Shown: piece by piece, positions 25,101-38,268 of the stretch
How the letters are laid out: each line of letters opens with the position of its first letter
Numbering within the stretch: the first letter of the stretch is position 1
Assembly: GCA_973895155.1 (NCBI GenBank)
Contig: OZ316897.1
Coordinates: 20,091,224-20,155,223, forward strand
DNA: 64,000 nt
Source: Marsupella aquatica
Taxonomy: Eukaryota; Plantae; Marchantiophyta
Direction of reading: 5' to 3'
Notes under the pieces: model-generated
Databases searched by the model: none
Told to the model about the DNA's origin: nothing
The model's input: the letters and a program-made list of their open reading frames with translations, nothing else
Program-made: the position numbers and the translations under genes

Positions 25101-27799
25101 TATACCAGCAGATCATAATCAGTCTTATCTTTATGTGAGGTGACTGTTCAATTCTTGTGTTAATTAAAAATGCCGATTGCTTCCAATCTTTAAGGCACAT
25201 CTATAGATGATCAAGCAAAGCATGTTTGGATAGAGCTTTCCCCCTTTCAATCCTTTGTTTTGGACGAGCCTTGGACAGAGCTTTGTACAGCAATCCGGCT
25301 GGTTTCATTTTGGAACAAGAAACAATCCGAGACCTTATGGCATTTATGCTACCATTATTTAGGTCTCTTGGCCAAGAACTCAGCATTCGGAGATCTAAGA
25401 CCGGTGGACTGTCATGATTAACCCGTTTTTTATCCGGTTGGTGAATTATAAGCTTTTAGCATTGTCCAGTGGAACAAAGAGCGGAAGTCTACAGATACTC
25501 ATGTTTTTAGTTGATGTTCCTTTCTTCAAAGCAGAAGGTTTGGACTCGGCTTTTGAACCTTCTAGCGAGAGATGGTACATGGGAGAATATAAGGAGTACT
25601 AGATACCTTTAATAAGTCAGACCACTTCGCTTTCAATGAGTCATCTTCAGCTTTGAGTAATGTGGCGCTGAAGACATAGCATGTTTTATTTCTGAGGTCA
25701 GTCTGTTGGTGGGGCCTTAAATGCGAGCGTTGGAAGAAAATTATTTAGTCACTATGGATTTAATAGAGGTCGGCTGGTGGAGAAGAGAGTTTGGCGGTAA
25801 TAATCTTTTCTCAATCTCCTCTCAGACACTGGGGGAAACTTTTTGTGCTATCCCTTCATTACAAAAGCTTGCAACCGTCTACAAATTTCAGACTAGTCAT
25901 GACTAGATCTTCGAATATTGCGAATATTGAAATAGACACGGTTGAGTGATTAAATTGAGCTGTTCGAAGATCATTAGTACCTGAGTGGATCCTCATCTGG
26001 CCTGTAGGCAAACACAAGCCACCAATTCTTAAACGGCAGCCCAAAGTTTTGCATCTTTTGGTCGAAGCGATGAAAAAACAACATCTTTGGACTCTGCTCA
26101 ACCGCACTATCGGCACTTCTATAGTTATTTGGAGACGAAGAGCACTTTAGTTAGTCAAGTATTAAGTAGAGGTCATGGTAATTGTTGAAGATAACTCGTA
26201 AGAGCGCAAGCCTTGGTTCTACTTGCGTCAGACAAGCATATAGAAATGACTAATTGCTATAACGCTTATCTAGAAGTCTGAAGTCTTGGCACAGTTCCCC
26301 AACTTTTGAACTTGAATAGCCTATATCAGTCACGTCACACCGAAATCAGCAATTCCTCTAACCTTGCTAAACCCCCAGCTGAAGAGAGTCACGTGGTCTT
26401 CGTGCAGTCGCAGAACCAAAAATGTTCAGCGTCCTGCAGAAATAATGCTCAATTACGAAGGACTCGGAGAAAAGTTTCCAGCATCCTGCAGTCAAAATTC
26501 TCAAGGATTACTAGTGCTAATATACACGACTCCTTTTTTTTTACGATAATTTTCTGTCTTAAGAATTACAGATACAACCCCTCAAAAAGGTTCAATAAAC
26601 AGACTTAGAAAGTTTTGCAGTACTGCTGTCGTGCCAGGAAACTTGGCCTGTGTCTAGAGGTTCGCAGAACAGTACTACACCTTTTTTCATACATCGAAAA
26701 AGAGGCTTCACGCATAGCAGTAATTGATTTATGTTTCATAATAAAAAAAACTTCAAATTCCACCCAAAAATAGTGATGTCTCCGGCCGTATTGGGCACGC
26801 GGAGCTTGCATCTGCAATGGTTTGTGACAATCGTGCAAACAGCCCCTCAGCTGTGTCCATGAAATCCTGAAATCAATCCATAAGTGATTTGTCACCACTC
26901 AACCATGGTAATGGAAGGTTACTTCGCAATTGAGGCTTCGCATCTGTCACCCAGAAACAGTCGGTTTATTGTGGTATGCAAAATATGTTTAATCTGTGGC
27001 CCGATCTGTGGAATTGTGGTATGCGAAATAATTTTAATCGCCTGATCTGTATAGTACACTTGCCAGGTAGTATAGTACACAGTATGGTGCTGATTTTTGA
27101 TGTGCAATTACCGCCAGTCCTAAAGTTGAGTGAGGACCACACAGAGAGGATAGAATTACAAGGCAATTTCGTATCCTCCAAACAGATAGGAAAGGTCAAT
27201 ATCAAGGTATCGAGGTCCTCTTGGAAGAGTTCTGGAGTGAATGTTCATTATCTTTACAATTATGAAGTGCAGGTCAATCGTGTCTTGGGAGAAGTGAAAA
27301 CCTGATAAGATTCGGAAAGTACAAGGTACAGCATTGATAAGAATGATCTGTTAAAATCACGGGCACGGATCGATAGCATTGCCCCTGGTATATTTATCGA
27401 TCCGCTTGGAAATGAATAAACATACAGGCTCTGCCGTACCCAACAATCTCCATCAGAACAACGACTGTTGTGGACGTAATCAAAGTCATTTGCATCCATG
27501 ACCATGACTTCTCTTGCAACAATCTTTTATATGAGTTTGGACGGCGTGTAGCAATTCCTAACATAAGTCTTTGAACATTCTGACTGGGATACTATTGCAG
27601 CAGATTCAAATGCAATACCTAGTGTAGCCTCTCACTCTGGAGAGACCTGGCATTATGGCATATCAAATTGGATATGTTCTTAAATATTCAAACACCACAG
27701 ATTGTAGCATTGGGTAGCTTTCCATTCCGATTTGCAAAAGGGGTGGGAAACAAGGAGTGTACCACTACCTGAGCGTTAAGCTTCCCCTGCCTCACCCAG

Positions 27800-28780
27800 G
27801 TTAGCCACACCCCGGTTGCCACAACAGGGGAAGTAGGTGAATGGAATTGGCCTCTCGTGAGGCTGTGGTATCCCTTCAAGTTGCTTCCAGTTTGGTGGTC
27901 CTAGTACCTTCTGCCCGTGCCCCTGCCCATATGTCAAATGCCCCAGAATCCTAGCATTCCAAGATGGCATGTCGTTCCTGACAGCTTACCCAGACACTCT
28001 CCCAGCATTCTCGATGCACCCTCATTTTGCATACACATGATACTGCCCACGAAAAGACCCTGCCTCCCAACCTCTGTCGACAGCCTTGTCATGCATATAG
28101 TTATGTTCCTACAGGCATTTAATAAACTACAAAAGGAGCCCACCAAGTCGATAGAACTCTCCATGCACACTGTACTCCCCCACATCTTTTCGTATTCCTT
28201 GCCATGACGTGTTGGAATCAAAACCTCTCTAAATGATTTGTTCACGCATGTGTCTGCCATCTTCAAGAGACTACACTGGCCCCAGCATTAAGAGGGCCTA
28301 GAAAGGTGACCGGGTTCGGTTTTGCACATTCCTTTTGCATCGTTCCATACAACTCGAATGCCGTCTGATGTTGCCCTGATTTCCCATATCCCCAATTCTT
28401 TGTACTCGAATCCAACCCATTGACTGTGGGCATGTTGTTGAACTTTCGCCAAGCATCCTCTATGCTCTCACATTTGGTATACCCACAAAGACACTAGAAT
28501 CATATCACTTTGAATGATCAATTCATGAACACGCCTGCCATCCATCTTCTTGCGCATGTCGTAAGGATTGCTCACCTTGGTGCAGTTGCTCTGTTGTCAC
28601 CCACGAAGGTTTCTTTGTGATCCGGACCTCCTCTATTGTCTTCTTATGCTTGAAATCTGGATTCCTCAAATATATACATCGACCATTCCCCACACCAAAT
28701 CGTCCTATTGAGCACAAAATTCTCAGAGCTTGAGCAGATCGAATAGTCAAAAGTAAAGTCCTGCATAAAAAGGGAACTTT
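27800..28780 (-). pseudogene. PLS-class pentatricopeptide repeat (PPR) pseudogene
   Basis: Minus-strand translation YTKCESIEDAWRKFNNMP...GYGKSGQHQTAFELYGTMQKECAKPNPVTFLGPLNA..*SLEDGRHMREQII*RGFDSN and SWNARILGHLTYGQGHGQKVL match the P-L-S repeat consensus (YAKCGSxEDAxxVF, SWNAMI, PNxVTFxxxLNAC), with stops and frameshifts. Confidence 0.8.
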
Positions 28781-29864
28781 GGACAAAAAGCTTCTTGAAC
28801 AATGAAGTGGTGAAATTGCTCCGGAGTTGATAGCCTATCCTTTGTTGGATGGGTCAGCTTTCGCTTTCAAGACCAAAAAATTAAAAAAAAATGGTGAAAT
28901 TGCTCAATCTCCCTGGGGAGACATGGCCGGGAGAATGGAGTTGAGACAGAGTAAGTCTACAAGGTGAGTTGCTACTTCTGAGATTTAGCACCCCCTTGAT
29001 CGAAGTGACATCAGGTAGACAAACGTGGGTACGAGGGCAGGAAAGTATACTGTTTTGGGCGTTACCTTGTTTCCAGAAAAACCCTTGACTAATCAGGTTA
29101 TCTTGGCTCCGATAATTGAGCATCAAAATGTGATAATATAGTGTACTATGTCACTCCATACCATGATAAACACAACAAATTGTGTTGAAATCACTGAGTA
29201 ATAATGTTAATACATGTTTATTCAGAATAAAAATTGTGCTGAATAAAAATAAGAAGTTTTGAGAGAATAGGAGTATCATGATCAAGAATGATGATGATTC
29301 AAGACTCGTAGTAACACTTGAAGCTAGAGGTCTCAGTTCATCCTACGTCAAATTCTTCTAGGTTCATAAAGATTATGGATTTTAGCATTGAATCAACATC
29401 AATGTGATGAAGTCTTGTTGTATCAAATCTTAAATTATGCCACTAACCTATGAGATGGAGTGGTGATGGTCACAATTTACTAGCCATAGAATTTTGTCTC
29501 GAAGTTGTCCATTAATTTCACACAGTTTTGTTTACTTTGAATCTTAGTTTTGATTGCATGTGTATGTGTATGATACCCACATAATATGTACAATGGTAAA
29601 AGTACTCCAAATATGAGAAGTCTATCAATGTTCCTCCAACTTCTCATATATTAGCTTAAATCTTTCAAAGTGTGTAAAATCATCTTTTGTATCTTATCCA
29701 CTCTTGTCAAGATAAAATTGAGTTGTCAAGGAATTAATTCCCTTTTTTGTTATCACCTTGCTACAAGCACCAAAGGTTGCATCTAAACCCACATGTGTTG
29801 CATCCATTGTGGGTTTTGTGCATGTATGAACATGAGAGTCGCAGAACTCGACTACCTTAACACT

Positions 29865-31350
29865 TAGTTTCGCCGTCGCTGAGTCCGACATCGAGCTCCC
29901 TTATGGTCCAGGCCCAGATAGGCCATCCGAGGAGGACTTAGCATGGGGAGACTTGTGGGCAATGGGACGTGGTACTAGCAAAGGCCAGGCGCCGAGCTAG
30001 TGACACACACTAAGGACTCGGACTAGCTGAGAGCTGGTCGGGTCAAGGGGAAATGGGCCGGGCTCATGGTCGACCGTCCAGACCCCCGGACGGACTTTGA
30101 GTTCTGAGGGCTTCAGTGTGAGCTCCTCTTGGGCCCAAGGCCAATGGAGTTGACGCCGTGGGCAACGGACGCTTGGAGCGCTAGTGATGGCCCGATCCGG
30201 GTTGGGCCGATCGGGGCCCTTGAGCGGCGATGAGACCTGAGGGCCTAGGCATGAGCACTGGGTCGTCCCAATCACAACGGGCTAAGACACTCCGTTTGCG
30301 GATGCCTAACGAGAAAGTTATGAGCGTTGTCAGTTGGTGGCGAGCCCAATATGCGCAATACGATCCGAGTTGGAGGCCAAACGTATAGGGACCAAAGTTG
30401 GTCCGAGGGTGACAGGTCTCCAGAAGCATATATGAGGGGAGTGGTGTCTCCCTGGGGGCTAAGGGCAAGCCGAAGTCGTGAGTCGCGGCGGTCGCGACAC
30501 TAAAGGAAAGCGTCAAACGGAAACGGCGATATCTTCCCAACGGGAAGTCTGTTGGAGGACTTCTTGGGTGCATTGGAAAGCTATCAAGAAGGGTTACCTC
30601 CTCTTGAGCTCAACTGGTTCTAGGGGCACCATGGGTTCTCGAGGTTTGTGGGTGTTAGCTCGCCCGCTTGTCAAATTCTGCCGAACAACAGCCAAGTCGC
30701 ATTCAGTCTCCCAAGGGAGCTTGCGTTGGGGAGGCAAGGCCAAGTAGGTGTGGAGGTTGAGTTCCAAGGGTGCTTGGCCCCTAGGCCATCAGTGGGGCGA
30801 ACTGGGAGTTGGTTGCTAGGGTCGGGGCCATTCTGGTCTCGGCGTGTTAGGACAAGCTTGGGACAAGCTTTAGGAGGGACAAGCTTTAGGACAAGCTACG
30901 CTAATTGGGCCATGAGCATGTCCTGGGGTCAGGGCGGTCAGTTGGTGATGGATAGGTACAAGGGGGAACCCGGGCCACGCCCAAGGAAAAGAGCTGATCT
31001 GGACGAACAGTGGGCGTGGGTTCTAGTTCCGGCTTATGGCATCGGGAGGACCTATCGCTGACCTATTTACCAATTTTTGTTGAGCTTGAGTTAGGATGCT
31101 AGGCTTGGCGAGTTCTAGATCCTGAAGGGTTACTTACCGAGGCGCTTAGTTGCTTGTGCAGACAATGAGGACCGTTAAGTAGTGGTCGTGTTGGAGAGCA
31201 AGTGCGGCTTCGTATGGGAGGGGTCGCTGGCGGTGCAAGGGGCACTGGGTTGCTTGCTCAAGGTATTCTGTGGAGGCGTTCGGGCACCAGGGGCACTTAG
31301 GCGTGAGTGTTGGGTTTGGTGAGGGCGCTGGGTGGCAAGGTCCACCACTA
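29865..31350. other. GC-rich, strand-skewed island; probable decayed retroelement or captured fragment
   Basis: Sharp compositional boundaries against AT-rich flanks, G-rich plus strand, several broken ORFs with no recognisable domain. Confidence 0.3.
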
Positions 31351-33727
31351 TGAGCTACTTGGAAAATTTATATTTTCTTGTGTTTGTGATGTTGGATTGT
31401 GCCAATGCTTGGAATTTGTGTGACAATTGCTCAAGTTAGGCAAGGCCAAAGCAAATATGAATAGACCGTCAGTACAAGCCATGTTTGCAAACCTTCATTT
31501 GTCATAAATATATCCATACAATATTAATAGCAAAGAAGAATGTTTGCATGCAAAACATCCCATCAACATGGTTCCATTTGATAGATTAAAAGTTTTGAAT
31601 GCACAACTCATTTTTGGTTCTAGTGAGTTTTACCGTGTCACAGATTAAAATGCAATTAACATGACTTTGTCTTTCTTCTTACATGCTCATACTCATTAGT
31701 CAGAGTGCTATGTGCAACCATTTTAGCACATAAGTGATACTTTACGTCATAATCTAAAAGTAACATATTCATTCGTAATAAGAATCTACATCTTATTGAT
31801 TATAAATCATAGTGCATAGTACTCTACAAAATTTAACTCAATGTTCAATTTAAATATCCTGACCAGATAGAATGATCACGTCTGAAGACAAAATCTGGCA
31901 TTGCTTCTCTCAAGATTCATATCTTACACACTATTTTACTTCAAGTTGCAAGAACCAAATTACTGTCGTAGAATCTTAGGTAAAGCTTTAGTGAAAGGTG
32001 TCTATTAAATTTAATGCATATTCTAGGGGAATAGATTTTGCAATTGCTTACAATATCAAGAATAATATACTCTCTAAACTAATCATAAGGTGGATAGCAT
32101 TAGAGGTCTGGAATGGCCCACACCCTGAAGTAAAAACAGACATACTTCTTCACTCGTTCTCTCACCAAAAAGCACGAATCTAAAGTCATATATGGAAGTC
32201 AAAAGGCATATGCTAACTTAAGTGTAATATGCATTTGTGCAGGATTCCATCACGTATTCCATAAAATTGTACTCCGTATCCATCTTTCATACTAATTACT
32301 TGGATCACATTGTCTTTACTTAAATTAGGTAGTGAAGACTCTAGAGTAGCAATCTTTCCTTCAAGGACCAATACAGGGTGATCTACGAAAATAGATGGTC
32401 ACAGATATAGCATATGTAATGCACATTGTTTGACTAATAATATGTGCGTAATTAAGGTAAAACATTTGGATTGTGAAGGGACATGGGACGAAACACAAGC
32501 ATAATATATTTGAGAAGGGCATAATGCTTAGATGTGAAGGTTAATTCCCAAGGTTAATTATACTTTAGCATTTGTGACTAACCAATGACATTAAAATCAA
32601 GCCAGGTCCCTTTTGGACCCTACTTTGTCAAGCCTATTCATGTTTATAGAGATTAGCGCAAATATTTGTTTGTATGCAGAGGAATGTCTACGTGTCCCTA
32701 AACTCCTCATGCCCCCTTACCCCCGCCCTTTTCTACTCACAAGGGCAGCTTTAATATAAAAATTATGCTACAAGAAAATGTACAGCCTATTGGTTTACTC
32801 TAGGTCATGACTTCAATCACAAATTTCTAGTGTAGACATAGCCTTCAAAATAGCAGACAATCTATTTGAAACAAGAACACGTGTTTACTAATTTTTAGTT
32901 GCATGGATGGGTCCTCATTTCCTATCCATGCATTGTCTGCCCACTGGTCTACCCAATCATAGAAGGCCAACCTGTGGTCACTTACTACCAACTTGTACCT
33001 ACTACGCTCATTGCTTATCATTGATCAGGTCTATTCATCTTGAGCAGTCAAGCGGACCATTTTTACTGAGCCCATGAGCAATTTTTTCCAATATGTGTGC
33101 AGCCATATCAGCGCTTTTCAATTGTAAACACAAAAATCTATGCTTGCAAAAACAACCAACAGTGACGATTTTTTGTATTTGACACATGGCAAGGAAAAAC
33201 AGTTAGACATAGCAATAGTAAAAGGATTAAAAAGTTTAGTTTAAATTTTAAAATAACAATGGAATTAAAAAAATCAACCAATCTCCTTAGTACTTCATGA
33301 TCTTTCGAAATTCATGATTTCTTAATACTTGACCCCATACCAGACAAAATTTTGTCAATGTTACAGCATCTCCACCGGCTTGGCAGAATGTGACAGCTTT
33401 TGGCAAATTTTGCCAGGCCATTTGCGGGCCCAAAGATTTTAGGGGCCTCGTTCATTTAAGCCAATCCCCACCGGCACCCCCCAAAATATGGGCCCCCATT
33501 TTTGTACCAACGTTCATCCCAAGTAAAATGACCAGGAATCATCGGGTTTGCACCAGAGAAACTCTACTCATGTACACTGCAGAGAGGCGCCTAGAGATTA
33601 GTGACATTGCTTGTTCCTCTCATAGATGCTCTAACATTGACAAATTTTGTCAGGTATGGGGTTAGAACACTGCTAGATCCTTTCACAGGTTCTAGCAATG
33701 CTCTAGCAATTAATCTATTGAAGATGC

Positions 33728-34830
33728 ATGATAGAGGAAGACAAAGAAGTTTGGGAAGAGGAGCACAGTCGGGAGCACAGTTTCTGGGGGCAGATTTTGT
33801 TCAGTGGACAATTGTCAATTCAATTCATCATACAAGAAGAATCAAGAAAAAGAAAGCATGGAGGGTGCAGGCCAGGCAAAGCTCCAAATGTGGACAGGAC
33901 GAGAGGCAAAGACGTAGAGGATCTATGGAATGACTACTTTTGTGAAAATTCTACATATGATGAGCTGAGATTTAGAAGAGTTTAGGGTCTAGGTTATTCA
34001 ACAACGTTCCTCCCAGTAGTGTGTGCACATGACAATTATTTTCAATTGAAATTTGATGCAACAGGAACCTGGTCTTTCTCATCAGAAAATTACTGCAGCT
34101 CTAAGACAATTGGCATATGGTATAGGGGCAGATGCAATAGTTGAATACTATAGAATTGTTGAAACCACAACTTTTGGAGTCTCTATACAGGTTTGTGAGA
34201 GCAATCAAACAATTGTATGAACCAGTATATTTGAGGAGACCAAGAGGGGAGGACTGGAAGAGGAATCTTGCTAGAAACGAACAAAGAGGGATTCCTAGGA
34301 TGGTTGGGTCATTAGATTGCATACATTGGGAGTGGAAAAACTGCCCTGTAGCATGGCAGTGTCAATATTAAGACAAAGACAAAGCAAAATCTCTTATTTT
34401 AGAGGCAATTTCAGATCATGAGTTGTGGATTGGCATGCTTTTGGGGGGGCTGGCTGGAGGGAACAATTATATCATTGTTCTAGACAGGCCCTCACTCCTG
34501 AATGCGGGCCTGAGTGAGTGCCTGAGTGAGTGGTTGGCAAAATAATGAGTCTTCCAAGGTCTCATTTCAAGTCAATGGAGTACAATACAATCAAGCATAT
34601 TTGTTGGTAGATGGTATTTACCCTAAATGGTCTGTTTATTTCAACTGTGCATGTACGATAGTCTGAAAATTGAGGCACTTTGCGAAATGCCAAGAAAGTG
34701 CTAGGAAAGATGCAGGGGAGGGCTTTTGGGCTTTTGCAAACCAGATTTGAAATTGTAAAAAGACCTGCACGCTCTTGGTTTGTGGCTAATCTCACAAACA
34801 TTTTAATGGCATGTGTCATCTTGCATGGAG
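33728..34830 (+). pseudogene. Harbinger/Pong DDE transposase (Plant_tran-type), frameshifted
   Basis: Motifs LWNDYF...FRR, AALRQLAYG, YLRRP...RGIPRMVGSLDCIHWEWKNCPVAWQ, ILEA, DGIYPKW, QESARKD...RAFGLLQTRFEIV...ACVILH. Confidence 0.9.
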
Positions 34831-35099
34831 GGTGGCCCAATAGCTAGAGATGCATTTTGCTACAACACCCTCTGAATCAATTTAATAGATTTAGTCAATT
34901 CTGAATCTTCCCATAGCTTGCGCATGTTTGGACTCATGTACTCTAGGTAGTGAAAGCATGGCCAAAGTTGAATTTTTATGGTGTGCAAGTGACCGCATGT
35001 ATTGGCAGCTGCCATTTCGTTTTGAGCCAAAGCTGACATTTTCAATGAGTTGTCCTTCAGCCACTCCTTTGTAGCCCAATTTCAATCTCTTCAGTTGCT

Positions 35100-35640
35100 C
35101 CTTTGCAGCCCAATTTCCAGAAGCCTTTTCTTGCTTGAACCTTGACTAGACTCAGTATCATCTCCATTTTTGCCTGGCTAATTATCAAAATCAAGTTCGG
35201 CTACTTCTAGAGTGGGGCTGCTGTCGGAGGGCACATTTTTGTCTGATTTCTTGCTCTTCCATTTTGGCATGTCATTCTCTGGACTCATAAACCTTGGGTA
35301 ATCCTTCAAAATATAATAGCAACAATCCAAAGCAAAACTTTTATTCTTAAGATGATTCTCCTTGTACAGCTCCTTGGAAAATTTCAAGGTGTCTGTAGCA
35401 TTTGTTCCTGAAACCTGTCTGCTATCATCTTGCTGGTGTGCTCCTATAAATTTCTGGACAGCATGCCTGATGTCTGACCACTTTCCATTGAGTAATTTCT
35501 TCCCCCTCATCTCAAATTCCCGACCCCTTGTTCTTATGGTAATGCTCAGCTACAGTACTTGATCTCCAGAATTTCTTAACTCTCTTGCCAATTGAAACAA
35601 CATAATCTTGCAAAACATGGAGCACGTTGTAGCATAGTTG
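35100..35640 (-). pseudogene. Harbinger ORF1 (Myb/SANT-like, NAM-associated) remnant
   Basis: KWSDIRHAVQKFIG...SGTNATDTLKFSKELY...KSFALDCCYYILKDYPRF, typical of Pong/Harbinger DNA-binding ORFs; lies convergent to the transposase. Confidence 0.75.
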
Positions 35641-37449
35641 CTTCAACTCACTTTCACTCTAATTTTTCCCCGAGTGCTTGCCATGATTCTTCTTTGTTGA
35701 TTATATGGGCGCAAAGTTCTTGCAACAGTGCTTTTGCACGAGGATCCTCCATTTCGAGACCCAAATGACTCAACAATATCCCTTGCTGCTATTGATCTTT
35801 TTCCCATAATTATCTGTAGCGAGGTTGATTTTGTATCCATCCAAAATGAATGCACAAATTTGCTCTTCTCTTTGTCAATGGTGGTAGGAAAGTATGGCAT
35901 GTGCGGTAGATGCAACCCTCTAGGATTCTCATGCTCGATCACCCTGAAATGCTTCCATCTTAGTTGTTTTGATCTTACACTTTCAAGGAAGGACAAAGCA
36001 ATTGACCAAATTTTCTGAATTGTGTGCTCTACCCTTCCTTGAATGCCTAGCTATGTTGTCAACAAAATACAATCTTGAATTTTTCCCTCATCTCTTGATA
36101 AACCTATCATGCATGATGCTTTCTTCAATTTTTTAATGAAAGAGCTTTTCAATGAGCATCACGTTGCTACATTTAATCAAGTATAAAAGAGTTAATTGGC
36201 AAAAATTACTTCCAAGGAAACAATGATATTTTGGAACTCAAGTGAGTTGAGTTACCACACAACCATGCCTCTTTGGGCTCTCATTTGTTATTTTTTATAT
36301 GGTCTGGTTAAATGTTGTCAACATTTCTGACACACACTGACTTGTCTCCACACAATTATTACCGATGGATCCAAGTGCTCCCAAAAACATACCTTGAGTG
36401 GGCAAGAGATTGCCACCCCTCCTGAAGGATGGAACCATGAGGTTGCCACCGATTCTTAGGCAAGCAAATGGGCATTCGCCACAGTGGCTACCTGTGCCAG
36501 ACCAATGGGCAGTCGCCACAGTGGGTAATTGCCCCAGACCTTTAAAAGTACCCTGGTTGTGCCACATCAACAAATTTTGCCATAAGCATGAACGGCAATG
36601 TTTGTTCTGCAGTGACAAGAAAACACTACTTGTTTGTTGCAATGCCAACAAATATGTTTAGAGCCTAGAATGGTAAGAACTTGAGAAAACTCAAAATTAA
36701 ATGTCCCAAATAGTAGAGAGTGGGGGCATTCCAAAAGAAAACCTCTTTCACCGTTTATTTACTTTGTTGGAGATGGGAAGATTTTGACAATATCCAACTA
36801 ATTAACAAATCACTGCTAACAAAATATTTTAAGCTGCTTATGAAATTTCAAAATAAATTTAGTGATGCAAGTTTAAGAATATTTTGATGTACATTTTTTA
36901 CTTCCAAAAAGTAACAAAATAGATGTACATTTTTGTCTTCCAAAGATTAAATAAATAAATATAATTTATTTAGTATTTAAGTATACATATATAAGAGGCT
37001 GCAAACGATTGACCAACATTGTAGTGACACTTAGCCAAACCTATATCTTTGCCAATTTGGTTGACACCTAACCAAAAGCATGTGTTACCTCTCACAAAAC
37101 TAGTTTAGTGAGTGCATTTCACCTCATATCTAAAGTAGATTTTTAGGCTTTAGTATCACTAATTTTATTTGCTTCACATTTCCCAAAAGGCCCCACATAC
37201 TCTAGTTTTCCAGCACACCGTTTTGGGAACTCCACTTTACTGCGCTAGACGGCAAAATATTTTAGAATAATAAGTTTTTGCAGCAACCTACAGTAATTAT
37301 TACAACATTATACTAGTATACAATCATGACTGCTGAACGCTGATTGCAGGGGAGAAATCAATGCAGGAAGAAGGTACGAAGATATAAAAAGAAAAAAGGT
37401 CAAGACGAAGGTGCTAAGAGCATTCCCGACTAATTCTAGATTGAGTATG

Positions 37450-37870
37450 AAACGTCAGATCTCCCTATTAAAAGTGACCATTACAATTTGTCTAAGGGGT
37501 CAGTAGCTAGGGGAGAAACTGAACAGAAAGTCTAACGAATTAAATGAATGCTCGGAGTTCAAGGAGAAGGTGCTACTAATATGCCTATCTAATTTTACTA
37601 TAAATTTATTCGTATTCGTGACCGTCAGATGTCCCTAAATTCAGGGATGACGATTGGATTACAGCTAGTGGACTCTGCGGCCCGTAGTAGTGGAGAGAAG
37701 TGACTAATGGATGACAGAAAGTCTAACGAATTAGAGAAATCGAAGTTTATTCGTGACCGTCAGATCTCCCTAAAGTTAAGGGTGGCCGTTGGATTACGGC
37801 TAGTGAAGTCTGTGGCTACGAATAGGTGAAAGAAAAGACTAATGGATGAGAGAAAGTCTAACGAATTTAA
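37450..37870 (+). repeat. Three-unit degenerate tandem repeat (~135-bp period for units 2-3) just upstream of the SRA-chromo gene promoter
   Basis: GTCAGAT(C/G)TCCCTA at ~37454, 37624, 37759 and AGAAAGTCTAACGAATT at ~37525, 37716, 37851. Confidence 0.85.
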
Positions 37871-38049
37871 ACTAAAGTATGAATGACTGTTGAGACTGGT
37901 GGAATCTAGCGAATTCTAGACACTAGAAACACTAAAAACACGCTGCTTGTATCTGCTGATCGGCAGGTCAGAAGCTACCTCTTCCAACTCAGCACGGTCG
38001 TCCAATATTCCAGCTTCTTCGCCTGCACGCTACAGCAGGCCACACACTC

Positions 38050-38268
38050 TATAAGACCCCATCTCTGATCTGCCTACCAGTTTTTCGGCGCACGGCAATC
38101 AGAGGCTGCGGGTACCATCCCCGGAAGCAGGCGCAGCAGTCGAGGGATTGAACGACGGTGGTGTTGCGAGTGTTGAGGATGTGGAGACGACGAGAAAGGG
38201 AGGGGTGGCGATTCGGACGATTTTGATTTCGGGTTCTGAAGGGGGGAGCGAGTCCTCTCGGTTGTAAG
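38050..38268 (+). promoter_or_regulatory. Putative TATA (TATAAG at 38050) and non-coding first exon of the SRA-chromo gene; 5'-UTR intron 38269-39991
   Basis: GC-rich leader ending in the donor AAG|GTGAGT at 38269; acceptor TTCTATGCAG at 39991, 13 nt before the ATG at 40005. Confidence 0.5.

Larger units (their letters stand above)
33331..36780. mobile_element. Decayed PIF/Harbinger (Pong-like) DNA transposon; boundaries approximate
   Basis: Convergent transposase (+) and Myb/NAM-like (-) pseudo-ORFs. TTA-CAGCATCTCC at 33361 and TGTTGGAGATG at ~36765 resemble Harbinger GAGCATCTCC-type TIRs. Confidence 0.75.
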
